Made by a program: the position numbers and the translations under genes. The notes beneath the pieces were generated by a model. It was not told the DNA's origin, ran no database searches, and saw only the letters and a list, made by a program, of their open reading frames with translations. Shown here one piece after another: positions 27,161 to 36,769 of a DNA stretch of 64,000 bases (the first letter of the stretch is position 1; each line of letters begins with the position of its first letter). The stretch comes from Haliangiales bacterium. Lineage in GTDB: Bacteria; Myxococcota_A; Polyangia; Haliangiales; SHYZ01. The stretch spans positions 4,882 to 68,881 of the forward strand of contig DATFWE010000042.1 in the NCBI GenBank assembly GCA_035259575.1, written 5' to 3'.

Positions 27161-27179
27161 ATGGACACCCGCCCAGCCC

Positions 27180-27196
27180 AGCAACCTGCTTGCCAA
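27180..27196 (-). promoter_or_regulatory. Putative sigma54 promoter of the multiheme operon
   Basis: Minus strand TTGGCAAGCAGGTTGCT. Confidence 0.72.
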
Positions 27197-27235
27197 CCTG
27201 GGCCCGGTTTTTGGCGGGTCTCTGGCAGTCTTTCC

Positions 27236-27278
27236 CGCAAATCCTGCGTTTCAGGGCGGCCGAGGCGCGAAAACTGCG
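27236..27278. promoter_or_regulatory. Pair of CGCAA-N3-CTGCG-type sites
   Basis: CGCAA-ATC-CTGCG (27236) and CGCGA-AAA-CTGCG (27266), 30 bp apart. Confidence 0.62.
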
Positions 27279-27282
27279 TGGG

Positions 27283-27774
27283 TCAGACGGACGATGAGGC
27301 CAGCTCCGCGTTGATGCGGGCGGCCACGTCCTCGACGAAGCGCAGGACGGCGGCCTCGGCCACCCGATGCAAGAGGAGGGCGTCGAGGGCGGTCCCGACC
27401 GGCCCAAGCGGGGGACGGTATGCCCCGTAAAGCTCGATCTGGGTCTCGTGGCGCGACAGCGGATAGAGGCGCAGCGAGGCCTCCATCGACGGGAAGAAGC
27501 CGCCGGCGCGCGCGGCCGTCCACGCGATGTCGATCCGAGCCGTCCGGTCCCCGAGGACGCCGACCTCCTCGGACCGGGAGACGACCCGGATGCTCACCGG
27601 CACGCCGACCTCGAGAGGGCCGAGCTTCACGCGCAGCGTCGCTCCGACCTCGTCGGCCCGCACCGAGGCCGCGCGGGTGGCGCGCTGGAACAACCCGGCG
27701 GCGTCGCCGTCGAGGAGCGCGCACACGCGCTCGTAGGAGGCGGTCACGTACTCGTAGCAGCGCAGCTCGATCAT
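27283..27774 (-). CDS. Hypothetical protein, possible START/SRPBCC-like fold
   Basis: C-terminal part of track ORF 27283..29229, coupled to the hemN stop (MIELRCYEYV..FFPSMEASLRLYPL..YRPPLGPVG..ALLLHRVAEA). Confidence 0.6.
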   Translation of the reverse strand: MIELRCYEYVTASYERVCALLDGDAAGLFQRATRAASVRADEVGATLRVKLGPLEVGVPVSIRVVSRSEEVGVLGDRTARIDIAWTAARAGGFFPSMEASLRLYPLSRHETQIELYGAYRPPLGPVGTALDALLLHRVAEAAVLRFVEDVAARINAELASSSV

Positions 27775-29135
27775 CACACCGTCCTCGAGAAAACGGGTCG
27801 GCGGGCGTCCCCGTGCCCGCGATACGCGTCGAACGCCATCGACACGTTGCGGACGAAGACCCGACCGAGCGGAGTGAGCCGGATGTCGCCGCCGTCGATG
27901 ACGCACAGACCGTCGTCCGCGAGCGCGCGCAGGCGCTCGAGCTCGGGGGCAAATGCGTCGAGCTCGTCGGCCGCGAGCGTCGCGCGGAGGTTGCACATGA
28001 GGTTGCCGATGATCGCCCGCCGCCGCTCGTCGTCGGGGCTGCGCACCCAGCCCCGCTCCACCGGCAGGAGGCCGGCGTCCAGCATGGCCGCGTAGCGCGG
28101 CAGCGTCTTGACGTTCTGCAGGTAGGCGCCGCCGACGTCGCCGATGCCGCTGACGCCGAGCGCGATCGTGCCGGCGCCCCCGCGTCCGGCGGAATAGCCC
28201 TGGAAGTCGCGCCACAACCGCCCCTCCGCGCGGGCGCGCGCGAGCTCGTCGTCGGGCAGCGCGAAGTGATCCATGCCGATGGCGACGTAGCCGGCGTCGA
28301 TGAGGGCGTCGTGGGCCAGGCGAAACAGCGCGAGCTTGGCCGCGCCGGTCGGGAGCTCCGCCACCGGCAGGCGGCGCTGGTGCGGTTTCACCGTCGGGAC
28401 GTACGCGAACGAAAAGAGCGAGATGCGGTCGGGGCGGATCGCCGCGATGCGCTCGATCGTCCGCCGCCATGACGGGGGCGTCTGGCGCGGCAGGCCGTAG
28501 ATGAGGTCGAGGTTGACGCTGCGCAACCCGAGCGAGCGCGCCCCGTCGACCGCCGCGCGCGTCTCCTCCTCCGTCTGGATGCGCGCGATCGCCCGTTGCA
28601 CGTCCTCGTCGAGGTCCTGGACGCCCATGGAGATGCGCCGGAAACCCAGGCGCGCGAGGAGCTCGAGCTGCGTCGTCCGGGTGACCGCGGGGTCGACCTC
28701 GACGGCTAGCTCGGCGTCGGGAAGGATGTCGAACGCGCCGGCGAGGATCGCGTGGAGCTCGGCGAGCTGCCGCTCGTCGAGGAACGTCGGCGTCCCCCCG
28801 CCGAGGTGGACGCGCGAAATCGCCTTCCGCCCGCCGAGGGCGGCCCGCACCAGCGCCGCCTCCTTTCGCACCAGGGCGAGATAGTCGTCGCCCTTCGCTT
28901 GGTTCTTGGTGACGATGACGTGGCACCCGCAGTACGAGCACATCTCGCGGCAGAACGGGATGTGCACGTAGAGCGACAGGGGCTCGGCGCCAGCGCGGGC
29001 GAGCGCCGCCTCGGCCTCGTGCGGGCCGAGGGCGCGCCAGTCCACCGCGGTGGGGTAGCTCGTATAGCGCGGCCCCGGGACGTCGAGTCGACGCGTCATC
29101 TCGTCGGAGAGCGCCGGGAAGTGCGCGTCGGTCAT
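27774..29135 (-). CDS. hemN: Oxygen-independent coproporphyrinogen III oxidase
   Basis: GPRYTSYPT, LSLYVHIPFCREMCSYCGC, HLGGGTP, MDHFAL and RDFQGY motifs. Confidence 0.95.
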   Translation of the reverse strand: MTDAHFPALSDEMTRRLDVPGPRYTSYPTAVDWRALGPHEAEAALARAGAEPLSLYVHIPFCREMCSYCGCHVIVTKNQAKGDDYLALVRKEAALVRAALGGRKAISRVHLGGGTPTFLDERQLAELHAILAGAFDILPDAELAVEVDPAVTRTTQLELLARLGFRRISMGVQDLDEDVQRAIARIQTEEETRAAVDGARSLGLRSVNLDLIYGLPRQTPPSWRRTIERIAAIRPDRISLFSFAYVPTVKPHQRRLPVAELPTGAAKLALFRLAHDALIDAGYVAIGMDHFALPDDELARARAEGRLWRDFQGYSAGRGGAGTIALGVSGIGDVGGAYLQNVKTLPRYAAMLDAGLLPVERGWVRSPDDERRRAIIGNLMCNLRATLAADELDAFAPELERLRALADDGLCVIDGGDIRLTPLGRVFVRNVSMAFDAYRGHGDARRPVFSRTV

Positions 29136-29147
29136 GCGACCGGTTCG

Positions 29148-29163
29148 TGCAAGCCCGAGGCCA
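29148..29163 (-). promoter_or_regulatory. Putative sigma54 promoter of hemN
   Basis: Minus strand TGGCCTCGGGCTTGCA; ATG 29135 lies 14 nt after the -12 C. Confidence 0.7.
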
Positions 29164-29193
29164 CGCCTTTCCTCGACTCGGGGCGCCGGCGGG

Positions 29194-29237
29194 CGCACAG
29201 CTTGCGCGACGGCCGCGCAAAACCCGCAAAAGCTGCG
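29194..29237. promoter_or_regulatory. Pair of CGCA-N5-TGCG palindromic sites
   Basis: CGCAC-AGC-TTGCG (29194) and CGCAA-AAG-CTGCG (29225), 31 bp apart. Confidence 0.62.
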
Positions 29238-29245
29238 CGGTCCCG

Positions 29246-31072
29246 TCAGCCGGGCGGAAACCTGCCCTCGAGCTGCACCACGCCGTCCTCGAGCTTGCTC
29301 GTGAACGGGATGCCGCTCTTGTGGAACACGGCGAGCATGGGGCCGTTGCCGGCCAGGACCTCGGCGCGAAACCCCGCCAGGCCGCGGCCGCGCGCGATCT
29401 CCATCATCCGGCGGAGCAGCAGCTTGCCCACCCCGCGACCCTGCCAGTCGTCGCGGACCACGAACGCGATCTCCGCCAGCCGCGTCGCCGGATCCACGTC
29501 GTAGCGACACAGGCCCACGATGTCCTCGGTGGTCGGCTCGCACACGACGAGGCCCATCGCGCGGTCGTAGTCGACGTCGACCATCGCCTGCATCTCTTCG
29601 TGGGGATGGCTGCGGCGATAGCCGAAGAAGCGGCGGTACGTGCTCTCGTCGGAGAGCGAGTAGAGCAAGCGCTGGAGCGGCGCCTCGTCGCTCATGCGCA
29701 GCGGGCGGACCTCCACCTCCTCGCCGCCCTTCAGGGTCTCGCGGCGCGTCTCCTCGAACGGATAGGTCGCGCGCGGCGCGATCTGATCCGGGAACACGAA
29801 CCGCCGGCGCTTGGCGGCGACGAGGAGCTCCGCGCGGAAGTCGGGATGGGCGATCTCGACCAGCGCCTTGGCGCGCTCGCGCACGCTCTTGCCCCACAGG
29901 TCGGCGATGCCGTGCTCGGTGACGACGTAATGGACGTCGCCGCGGCTGGTCACGACCCCTGCCCCCTCCTCGAACGCCGCGTTGATGCGGCTGATCGTGC
30001 CCTTCTTGGCGGTGGAGCGGAGGGCGATGATCGCCTTGCCGCCGCGGCTGCGCGACGCGCCGCGCACGAAATCGACCTGGCCGCCGATGCCGGAATAGAA
30101 CCGGCCGCCCACGGTGTCCGACGCGACCTGGCCGGTGAGATCGATCGCCAGCGCGGAGTTGATCGCGATCATCCTGTCGTTGCGCGCGATCGTCCCCGGG
30201 TCGTTGGTGAACTCCGACGGGCGCATCTCCAGCGCCGGGTGCTCGTGCGCCCACTCGTAGAGCGCGCGCGTGCCCATGACGAAGGACGTCACCATCTTGC
30301 CCGCGAGCAGCGTCTTCTTGCGGCCGGTGACGACGCCGGCCTCGGCGAGGCGCATGACTCCGTCGGAGAGCATCTCCGTGTGGATGCCGAGATCGTGGCG
30401 ATGCCCGAGCGCCGCCAGGACGGCGTCGGGGAGCTCGCCGATGCCGGTCTGGAGCGTCGCGCCGTCGGGGACGAGCGACGCCACGTGCCGCCCGATGGCC
30501 AGCGCCGCCTCGTCGGGCGGCTCGGCGGCGCGCTCGAGAATGGGCGCGTCGACCTCGACGAACCGGTGGATGCGCCCGATGGGGATCGCCGAGTCGCCGT
30601 GCGTCCACGGCATGCGGGGGTTCACCTGGGCGATGACGAGGTCGGCGGAATCGACGGCGGCGCGCACGATGTCCACCGACACCCCCAGGCTCACGTAGCC
30701 GTGCCGGTTGGGCGGGGTGACCTGGATGAGCGCCACGTCGATGCGCACGCGCCGGCTGCGGATGAGCTCGGGGATGTCGGACAGGAACACCGGGATCCAG
30801 TCGGCGCGGCCGTCGTGGACGGCCTCGCGCACGTTGGGCCCGATGAAGAACGCGCTGTGGTGGAACCGGGCCCGGTGCTCCGGGCGCACGTAGGGGGCGG
30901 GCCCGAGCGTGAGCAGGTGCACGATCTCGTTGTCGGCGAGATGCGCGCCGTGGTCGACGAGCGCGTCGACCAGCGCGACCGGCTCGGCCGCGCCCGAGCC
31001 GATGAGGATGCGCCGTCCGGGGCGGATGAGGCGAATCGCGGCGGCGGGCGAGCAGAGCTTGTCCTTGAGCAC
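29246..31072 (-). CDS. Acetyl-CoA hydrolase/CoA-transferase fused to a C-terminal GNAT domain
   Basis: LQTGIG, LGIHTEM, AINSALAIDLTGQV, GIGGQVDFVRGA and VVTEHG, then EIAFVVRDDWQGRGVG. Confidence 0.9.
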   Translation of the reverse strand: MLKDKLCSPAAAIRLIRPGRRILIGSGAAEPVALVDALVDHGAHLADNEIVHLLTLGPAPYVRPEHRARFHHSAFFIGPNVREAVHDGRADWIPVFLSDIPELIRSRRVRIDVALIQVTPPNRHGYVSLGVSVDIVRAAVDSADLVIAQVNPRMPWTHGDSAIPIGRIHRFVEVDAPILERAAEPPDEAALAIGRHVASLVPDGATLQTGIGELPDAVLAALGHRHDLGIHTEMLSDGVMRLAEAGVVTGRKKTLLAGKMVTSFVMGTRALYEWAHEHPALEMRPSEFTNDPGTIARNDRMIAINSALAIDLTGQVASDTVGGRFYSGIGGQVDFVRGASRSRGGKAIIALRSTAKKGTISRINAAFEEGAGVVTSRGDVHYVVTEHGIADLWGKSVRERAKALVEIAHPDFRAELLVAAKRRRFVFPDQIAPRATYPFEETRRETLKGGEEVEVRPLRMSDEAPLQRLLYSLSDESTYRRFFGYRRSHPHEEMQAMVDVDYDRAMGLVVCEPTTEDIVGLCRYDVDPATRLAEIAFVVRDDWQGRGVGKLLLRRMMEIARGRGLAGFRAEVLAGNGPMLAVFHKSGIPFTSKLEDGVVQLEGRFPPG

Positions 31073-31108
31073 GGGCCGAATATGGGGTTCGCGGCCGGCG
31101 TTCGCAAG

Positions 31109-33571
31109 TCAGGTCGTCGCGTGCGCCCGCTCCTCGGCCGCCTCGCGATGGGCGAGCGGACGGTACACGATGCGGCACGCGACGCGGCCCTTGTCCCCGT
31201 CGGTGACGTTTGCCGGGATGTACAGGAACGCCGACTCGGTCTCGCACTCGAGGACGCGCGGGCCCCGCTCGACCATGCCGTCGAGCAGCACCCGGCCGGA
31301 GATGTCCTCGGTGTGGTGGGACTCGTGGTCCTGGTACAGGGCGGAGGTGGCGACGAGCTCCACGCTCTCGATCTGCACCCAGGTGTAGCGCCGGCCGAAC
31401 AGCACCGCGACGTTCATGCCGGCCTCGCCGATGGGAACGACGAGGGCGAAGAAGCCGTCGTGCGTCGCGTGCGCGTCGCGGGCGGCGACGGTGGACTCGG
31501 CGCCGCGCGCCAGCACGAACGGCACGTTCTCGCGCCGCACGGTGAAGTCGGCGTGGGCGAAGCTCAACCCATAGCGCTGCTGGGCGAAGTAGGTCACCGC
31601 CATCTCGAGCCCGGCGTAGCGCAGCTCGATGGGGTAGTTCATGCGGCGCCCGGAGTGGCCGTGCTCCATGAAGAACAGTCCGCGCCGGCGCAGGCCGGTC
31701 AGGCCCTCCTCGCGGTCGAACAGGCGGAAGGAGTCGGTGGTGGCCAGGTTCATGTCGAGACGGAAGCCCTCGAGGTAGGCCATCTCATGGCGCGTGGGGA
31801 AGTACGACAGGCGGCCCAGCTGCCCCAGCGCGGCGCGGCGCAGCGACGCGAGATCGGGGCGCTTGCCCGTCGCGGCGAAGAAGCTCTCGGCATCGGCGGC
31901 GAACGCGCGGCACGCCTCCTGCACCGGCTTCACCCGCTCGATCTGGTCGCGCGCGATCACCTGGGGCGCGCCGATCGGCCTCCCCTCCTCGTCGTAGTCG
32001 ACGACGCTGTCCATGTCGGCGGTGCAGATGTCCTCGAGCAGCGCCACCTGATCCACCAGCGACAGCACCCCGCGCTCGTCGCAGCACGACGGGTCGAGGA
32101 GGCCTTTGCGCGAGCGCTCCCACCCGGGCGTGCCCACGACCATGAGGTAGAGCCCGGCGACGTCGACCCCCCACTCCTCGCGAAGCACCGGCTCGAGCAG
32201 GCGCTGCGCCGTGCACTCGTAGCCGAGATCGACGAAGACGAGCGTATCGCCGGGCGCGACGCCGGCGGTGCGCTCGACGTAGCGGCGCAGGCGCGCGCGG
32301 TAGGCGCGCGAGCGCTCGAAGATCGCCGCCATCGTGTCGGGACGGCGGATGCGCCGCATGAACTCGTCGAACGGGCGCGACTTCCTCTTGGCGGCGGCGA
32401 CGATGTCCCTGCCCTGGTCGCCGGCGAGGCCGAGCTGCCGGGCGAGGTCGTCGAGGCGCTGCGTCCCGATGAAGCGCGCCAGGTAGCGCTCGACGTCCTC
32501 GGGCCCGCGGAACGACGCGGCGTAGGCGGCGAAGCGGCTGATGCCCACCTCGTGGCCGACGGGCTCGCCGGCGATCGCGCTGGCCACCTGGCGCGGCAGG
32601 TAGGCGTCGCGCATGAGGAACAGCGGCTTCACGCGCTTGCCGGCGGCGCGCAGGGCGGCGAGCTCGTCGACGATGAACCGCCCGAACGCATACATGATCG
32701 GCCCGGCCGCGGCGTAGCCGAGGAGCTGGTCTCCGTCGGCGGGGGCGCGCCGCTGGGCGAGGACGCCGTGGAACGGGCTGGGCACGCCGGCGGTGTGGCG
32801 CACGCTCGGGTCGAGGAGCGCCATGGCGGTCCCCTGCAGGCGCAGGAGCTCGCACACGTCGGCATCGTTCTGCACGAAGCGAAGCGCGCGCATGCCGGCG
32901 GCGAGCGGCGCCGTCAGGTCGGCGGTCGGGTTGTCGCCGATGTGGAGAACCGCGTCGGGGCGGACGTTGAGCTCGGCGAGGACGTGGCGGAACAGGCCGT
33001 CCGCCTTGCCCTCGCGGAAGCGGCTGGAGCAGAACACGCGCGCGATCGCGGCGTAGGCGTCCTCCGGCAGCACGGCGGCGAGGAGCGCGCGCAGCTCGGT
33101 CTCGTCGAGGTAGGTGTCGCTGACGATCGCGACGCGCAGGCCCTTGCGCCGGGCGGCCCGGATGAGCTCCACCGTCGGGGGAAACGCGAAGCAGGCGTCC
33201 ATCTCGGCGGCGAGCTCGGCGCGGGCGAGCTCGGCGATCTCGGCCTCGCCGAGGTCGGGGAACGCGGCGCGGTAGATCTCGGGGAGCCGCACCTCTGACC
33301 GGCCCTTCTGCAGCCGCCGGAGCGAGCGCGCCAGCGACTCCGCCTGCGCGCGCAGCCGGGCGGTGAGCCCGCGGGCGCGAAACGGCGGCGCGTGCTGGAG
33401 GTCGTAGAAGACGTCGGCGGGGGTGGCCGTCCTGCGGAACAGCAGCGTGTCGAAGCAATCGAGGGACAGAACCTTGATGCGCCCGGCGTGCGCGGCCAGG
33501 GCATCGATGAGCTCGAACGCGCGGACCTCAGGGCGGGCGGCGTCCATGTGCGCGGGGGCGGTCGAGGGCAT
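31109..33571 (-). CDS. HAD phosphatase domain plus PRTase-like domain; probable dual-domain ribofuranosyltransferase-like protein
   Basis: SLDCFDTLLFR, VSDTYL and HIGDNPTAD (HAD); GYAAAGP, LFLMRDA, ISR and FVDLGYECTAQ (glycan phosphoribosyltransferase-like). Confidence 0.6.
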   Translation of the reverse strand: MPSTAPAHMDAARPEVRAFELIDALAAHAGRIKVLSLDCFDTLLFRRTATPADVFYDLQHAPPFRARGLTARLRAQAESLARSLRRLQKGRSEVRLPEIYRAAFPDLGEAEIAELARAELAAEMDACFAFPPTVELIRAARRKGLRVAIVSDTYLDETELRALLAAVLPEDAYAAIARVFCSSRFREGKADGLFRHVLAELNVRPDAVLHIGDNPTADLTAPLAAGMRALRFVQNDADVCELLRLQGTAMALLDPSVRHTAGVPSPFHGVLAQRRAPADGDQLLGYAAAGPIMYAFGRFIVDELAALRAAGKRVKPLFLMRDAYLPRQVASAIAGEPVGHEVGISRFAAYAASFRGPEDVERYLARFIGTQRLDDLARQLGLAGDQGRDIVAAAKRKSRPFDEFMRRIRRPDTMAAIFERSRAYRARLRRYVERTAGVAPGDTLVFVDLGYECTAQRLLEPVLREEWGVDVAGLYLMVVGTPGWERSRKGLLDPSCCDERGVLSLVDQVALLEDICTADMDSVVDYDEEGRPIGAPQVIARDQIERVKPVQEACRAFAADAESFFAATGKRPDLASLRRAALGQLGRLSYFPTRHEMAYLEGFRLDMNLATTDSFRLFDREEGLTGLRRRGLFFMEHGHSGRRMNYPIELRYAGLEMAVTYFAQQRYGLSFAHADFTVRRENVPFVLARGAESTVAARDAHATHDGFFALVVPIGEAGMNVAVLFGRRYTWVQIESVELVATSALYQDHESHHTEDISGRVLLDGMVERGPRVLECETESAFLYIPANVTDGDKGRVACRIVYRPLAHREAAEERAHATT

Positions 33572-33585
33572 TCGTCGCCTTGTTG

Positions 33586-33601
33586 AGCAAGCCCCATGCC
33601 G
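33586..33601 (-). promoter_or_regulatory. Putative sigma54 promoter
   Basis: Minus strand CGGCATGGGGCTTGCT; ATG 33571 lies 16 nt after the -12 C. Confidence 0.62.
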
Positions 33602-33679
33602 CGCTGTTCGGCAACGGTTTCAGATAGTTACATATGTGCCCGCGTCAACGTCCCCCGCGCCGACGGGAGGATTGACGGC

Positions 33680-36442
33680 TCACTCCTCGCGCAGGGCCAC
33701 CATCGGGTCCACGCGGGACGCGCGGCGCGCCGGGATGACGCTGGCGGCGATCGCGACCCCGGCCAGGAGCGCGATCGCGCAGAGCGCCGTGGTGGGGTCG
33801 TGGGGGGCGAGGCCGTACAGCATCGCCTTGGCAGCCTGCGCGCCGGCGAGCGCCAGGACGAGGCCGGCGACGAGACCGTAGAGGAGCAGGCGGGCGGCCT
33901 CCGTGACGATCATGCGCGTGACCCTGCCGGCGTCGGCGCCGAGCGCCATGCGGATCCCGATCTCGTGCACCCGCCGCGCGACGCTGTAGGACACCACGCC
34001 GTACAGCCCGATGGTGGCGAGGAGCGCGGCGAGCAGGCCGAAGAACCCGGCCAGCGTCGCCATGAGGCGCTCCTGCCGCACGGACTCGCCGACCATCCGC
34101 TCGAGGAGGTCGAAGTCCATGACGAGCCTGGGCTCGAAGTCGCCCACCGTCTGCTTCAGCGCCGTCACCACCGCCCCCGGCGGCAGCCCGGTGCGGACGA
34201 CCAGGTTGACGTAGGCCTGCGGCGTCTTGTCCTGCGTGCGCGCCCGGAACACCGTCGGCGGCGAATCCTCGCGGAGCGAGTAATACTTGCTCTCGCGCAC
34301 GACGCCGACGATCTCGTACACCCGCTCCGGCTCGCCGCTCGGTTCTGCCTCGACGCGGAGCTGCCGTCCGATCGGGTTCTTCCCGTCGAACAGCGTGCGC
34401 ACGACCTCGGCGTTGACGATGGCCACCTGCGGCGACTCCGGCGTGTCGCGCGCATCGAAGTCGCGTCCGCCGACGAACGGCGTCTCCATCGTCTTGAAGT
34501 AGTCGGCGCTGACGAGATTGAACCTGCCGGTCACCGCCTTCTTCGGGTCGCCTCCGTCGGGCCAGATGTTGTCGTGCCAGCCGCTGCCCGAGATAGGCAC
34601 GATGCTGGCCGTGGCGGCGGACGCCACGCCCGGCGTGCTCCGCACCCGCTCCAGGAGGTCGCGCACGAACGCCAGCCGGCGCTCCTGCGGCAGGTCGAGC
34701 GGACGGGCGTCGACGGTGAGCACGACGACCCCTTCGTCGCGGAAGCCGGCATCGACGGTGACGAGGTTGCGCAGGCTGCGCACGAACAGGAGCGCGCCGA
34801 ACAGGAGCACGAACGACAGCGCGACCTGCACCGCGACGAGCACGCGCCGCAGGCCGAAGCGCTCGCGGCCGGCGGTGGTCGAGCGGCCGGCCTTGAGCAC
34901 GAGGCCCACGTCGGTGCGGGTGGCGCGCAGGGCCGGCGCGAGCCCGAACAGCACGCACGTCAGGGCGGCGAGCCCGGCGGTGAAGCCGAGGACGCGCCAG
35001 TCGAGCGCCAGGTTGACGAACAGCTCCTCCCCGCGCGTGCTGAGGAACGCGACGAGCACGTCGCTGAGGAGGCTGGCGAGGAACAGGCCGAGCGCGGCGC
35101 CGAGGACGGCCAGGAGCAGGCTCTCGGCCATGAGCTGGCGGATGAGCCGGCCGCGCGAGGCGCCGAGGGCGAGGCGGATCGAGATCTCGCGCTCGCGCGC
35201 GCTGGCGCGGGCGAGCAGCAGGTTGGCCAGGTTCGCGCACGCGATGAGGAGCACGAGCCCGGCGATGGCGAGGAGGAAATACAGCGCCCCGGAGTATTCC
35301 TCGCGCAGGGAGGAGATGCCGTGGGCGGCGGAAAATGCGCCCAGCTTGTACTCCTTGTACTTCACGACGTTCTGGGGCGGATAGCCGGGCGGGACCGTCT
35401 CGTCGAGGAGCCGCTTGCCCAGCGTCTCGATGTAGGCGTCCGCCCGCTCGATCGTCCACCCCGCCTTGAGGCGGCCGACCGCCGACAGCCACCACCCGTG
35501 CGGCACGTCGAGGAGGTTGCGTTCGCCGTAGAGCGTGACCTCCATGCACAGCGGGACCGCCACGTCGAACGAGCGGCCGACCTCGAGGCCGAAGAACCCA
35601 GGCGGGGCGACGCCGATGATCGTGACGGAGTGGCCGTCGAGGGTGAGCCGGCGTCCGATCGCCGACGGATCGCCGCCGAACTGGCGCCGCCAGAACCCAT
35701 CGCCGAGGACCGCGCCCGGATCGGTGCAGCCGCGCCGATCATCGGCGGCGGCGAACGTGCGGCCGAGGGCGGGCTTGACGCGGAGCACGTCGAAGTAGTC
35801 GCCGCTCACCAGCATCGCGCGCGCCCAGCGGGCCTCGCCGGCCGGGTTGAGGTTCACCGTGCGGTCGCCGAACGCGAGCATGCCCGCGAACGCCTCCTGC
35901 TCGTCGCGCAGGTGCGTCCACAGGTTGTAGGTGAGATCGGGGTGCGACCCGTTGAACCTGCCGCTGCCCCAGTGGCGGTCGCGGATGCGGACGATGGTCA
36001 GCTCGTCGGCGCGGTCGACTGGAAGCTTGCGCAGGTGGAGTGTGTCGAGGAGCTGGAAGATGGCGGTGTTGGCGCCGATGCCGAGGGCCAGCGACAGGAG
36101 GGTCACCGCGGTGAACCCCGGGTTCTTGGCCAGCGCCCGCACGGCGTAGCGCAGGTCGTGGAAAAGGTCCCCCGCGACGCCGCGGGGCGCGCCGCCGGGG
36201 ACGATCGGGTCGCGCGCCGCGGGGCGCAAGACCCCGCGCAGGCGCTGCGACAGGACCTCGTTGTCGTCGAGCTCGGCGAGGACCGCGGCGTCGGCCTCGG
36301 CGGGGCTCCGGCCCCGGGCCACGAGCTCGGCGTGCCGGTCCTCGAGGTGCTGGACGATCTCCTCGACGATCTCGTTCTCGCGCGTCGGCTCGAGCTGCGC
36401 GCCCGCCAGCCGCCGCAGGACCTCGGCTCGCCACTCAGGCAT
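33680..36442 (-). CDS. Duplicated ABC permease (MacB/FtsX-like, ADOP-type)
   Basis: EIVQHLEDR prefix, DLRYAVRALAKNPGF, LALGIGANTAIF, LIACANLANLL, EISIRLALGA and EIGIRMALGA. Confidence 0.92.
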   Translation of the reverse strand: MPEWRAEVLRRLAGAQLEPTRENEIVEEIVQHLEDRHAELVARGRSPAEADAAVLAELDDNEVLSQRLRGVLRPAARDPIVPGGAPRGVAGDLFHDLRYAVRALAKNPGFTAVTLLSLALGIGANTAIFQLLDTLHLRKLPVDRADELTIVRIRDRHWGSGRFNGSHPDLTYNLWTHLRDEQEAFAGMLAFGDRTVNLNPAGEARWARAMLVSGDYFDVLRVKPALGRTFAAADDRRGCTDPGAVLGDGFWRRQFGGDPSAIGRRLTLDGHSVTIIGVAPPGFFGLEVGRSFDVAVPLCMEVTLYGERNLLDVPHGWWLSAVGRLKAGWTIERADAYIETLGKRLLDETVPPGYPPQNVVKYKEYKLGAFSAAHGISSLREEYSGALYFLLAIAGLVLLIACANLANLLLARASAREREISIRLALGASRGRLIRQLMAESLLLAVLGAALGLFLASLLSDVLVAFLSTRGEELFVNLALDWRVLGFTAGLAALTCVLFGLAPALRATRTDVGLVLKAGRSTTAGRERFGLRRVLVAVQVALSFVLLFGALLFVRSLRNLVTVDAGFRDEGVVVLTVDARPLDLPQERRLAFVRDLLERVRSTPGVASAATASIVPISGSGWHDNIWPDGGDPKKAVTGRFNLVSADYFKTMETPFVGGRDFDARDTPESPQVAIVNAEVVRTLFDGKNPIGRQLRVEAEPSGEPERVYEIVGVVRESKYYSLREDSPPTVFRARTQDKTPQAYVNLVVRTGLPPGAVVTALKQTVGDFEPRLVMDFDLLERMVGESVRQERLMATLAGFFGLLAALLATIGLYGVVSYSVARRVHEIGIRMALGADAGRVTRMIVTEAARLLLYGLVAGLVLALAGAQAAKAMLYGLAPHDPTTALCAIALLAGVAIAASVIPARRASRVDPMVALREE

Positions 36443-36767
36443 GTTCGCCTCCCGTGATGCGGTTGATGGCGGCGACGAACGCCTCCCACGAGCTGCGCTG
36501 CTGCGCGAGCACCTTCCGGCCGCTCGGCGTGATGCGGTAGTACCGCCGCCGTCGCTGGCCGGCCTTCTCCACCCAGCGGCCCTGGAGCCAGCCGCGCTTC
36601 TCCAGGCGGTAGAGGAGAGGATACAGCGACGCCACGTTGAAGCGCACCACACCGTCGGAGCGGGAGTCGATCAGCTTGCTGATCTCGTAGCCGTGACGGG
36701 GGCGTACTTCGAGGAGCGAGAGGATCAGCAGCTCGGCGCTGCCCTTCTTGAGCTCTTTGTCAGCCAC
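36435..36767 (-). CDS. PadR-family transcriptional regulator
   Basis: KKGSAELLILSLL..RHGYEI..SLYPLLYRLE..RRRYYRIT. Confidence 0.93.
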   Translation of the reverse strand: MADKELKKGSAELLILSLLEVRPRHGYEISKLIDSRSDGVVRFNVASLYPLLYRLEKRGWLQGRWVEKAGQRRRRYYRITPSGRKVLAQQRSSWEAFVAAINRITGGEHA

Positions 36768-36769
36768 AG

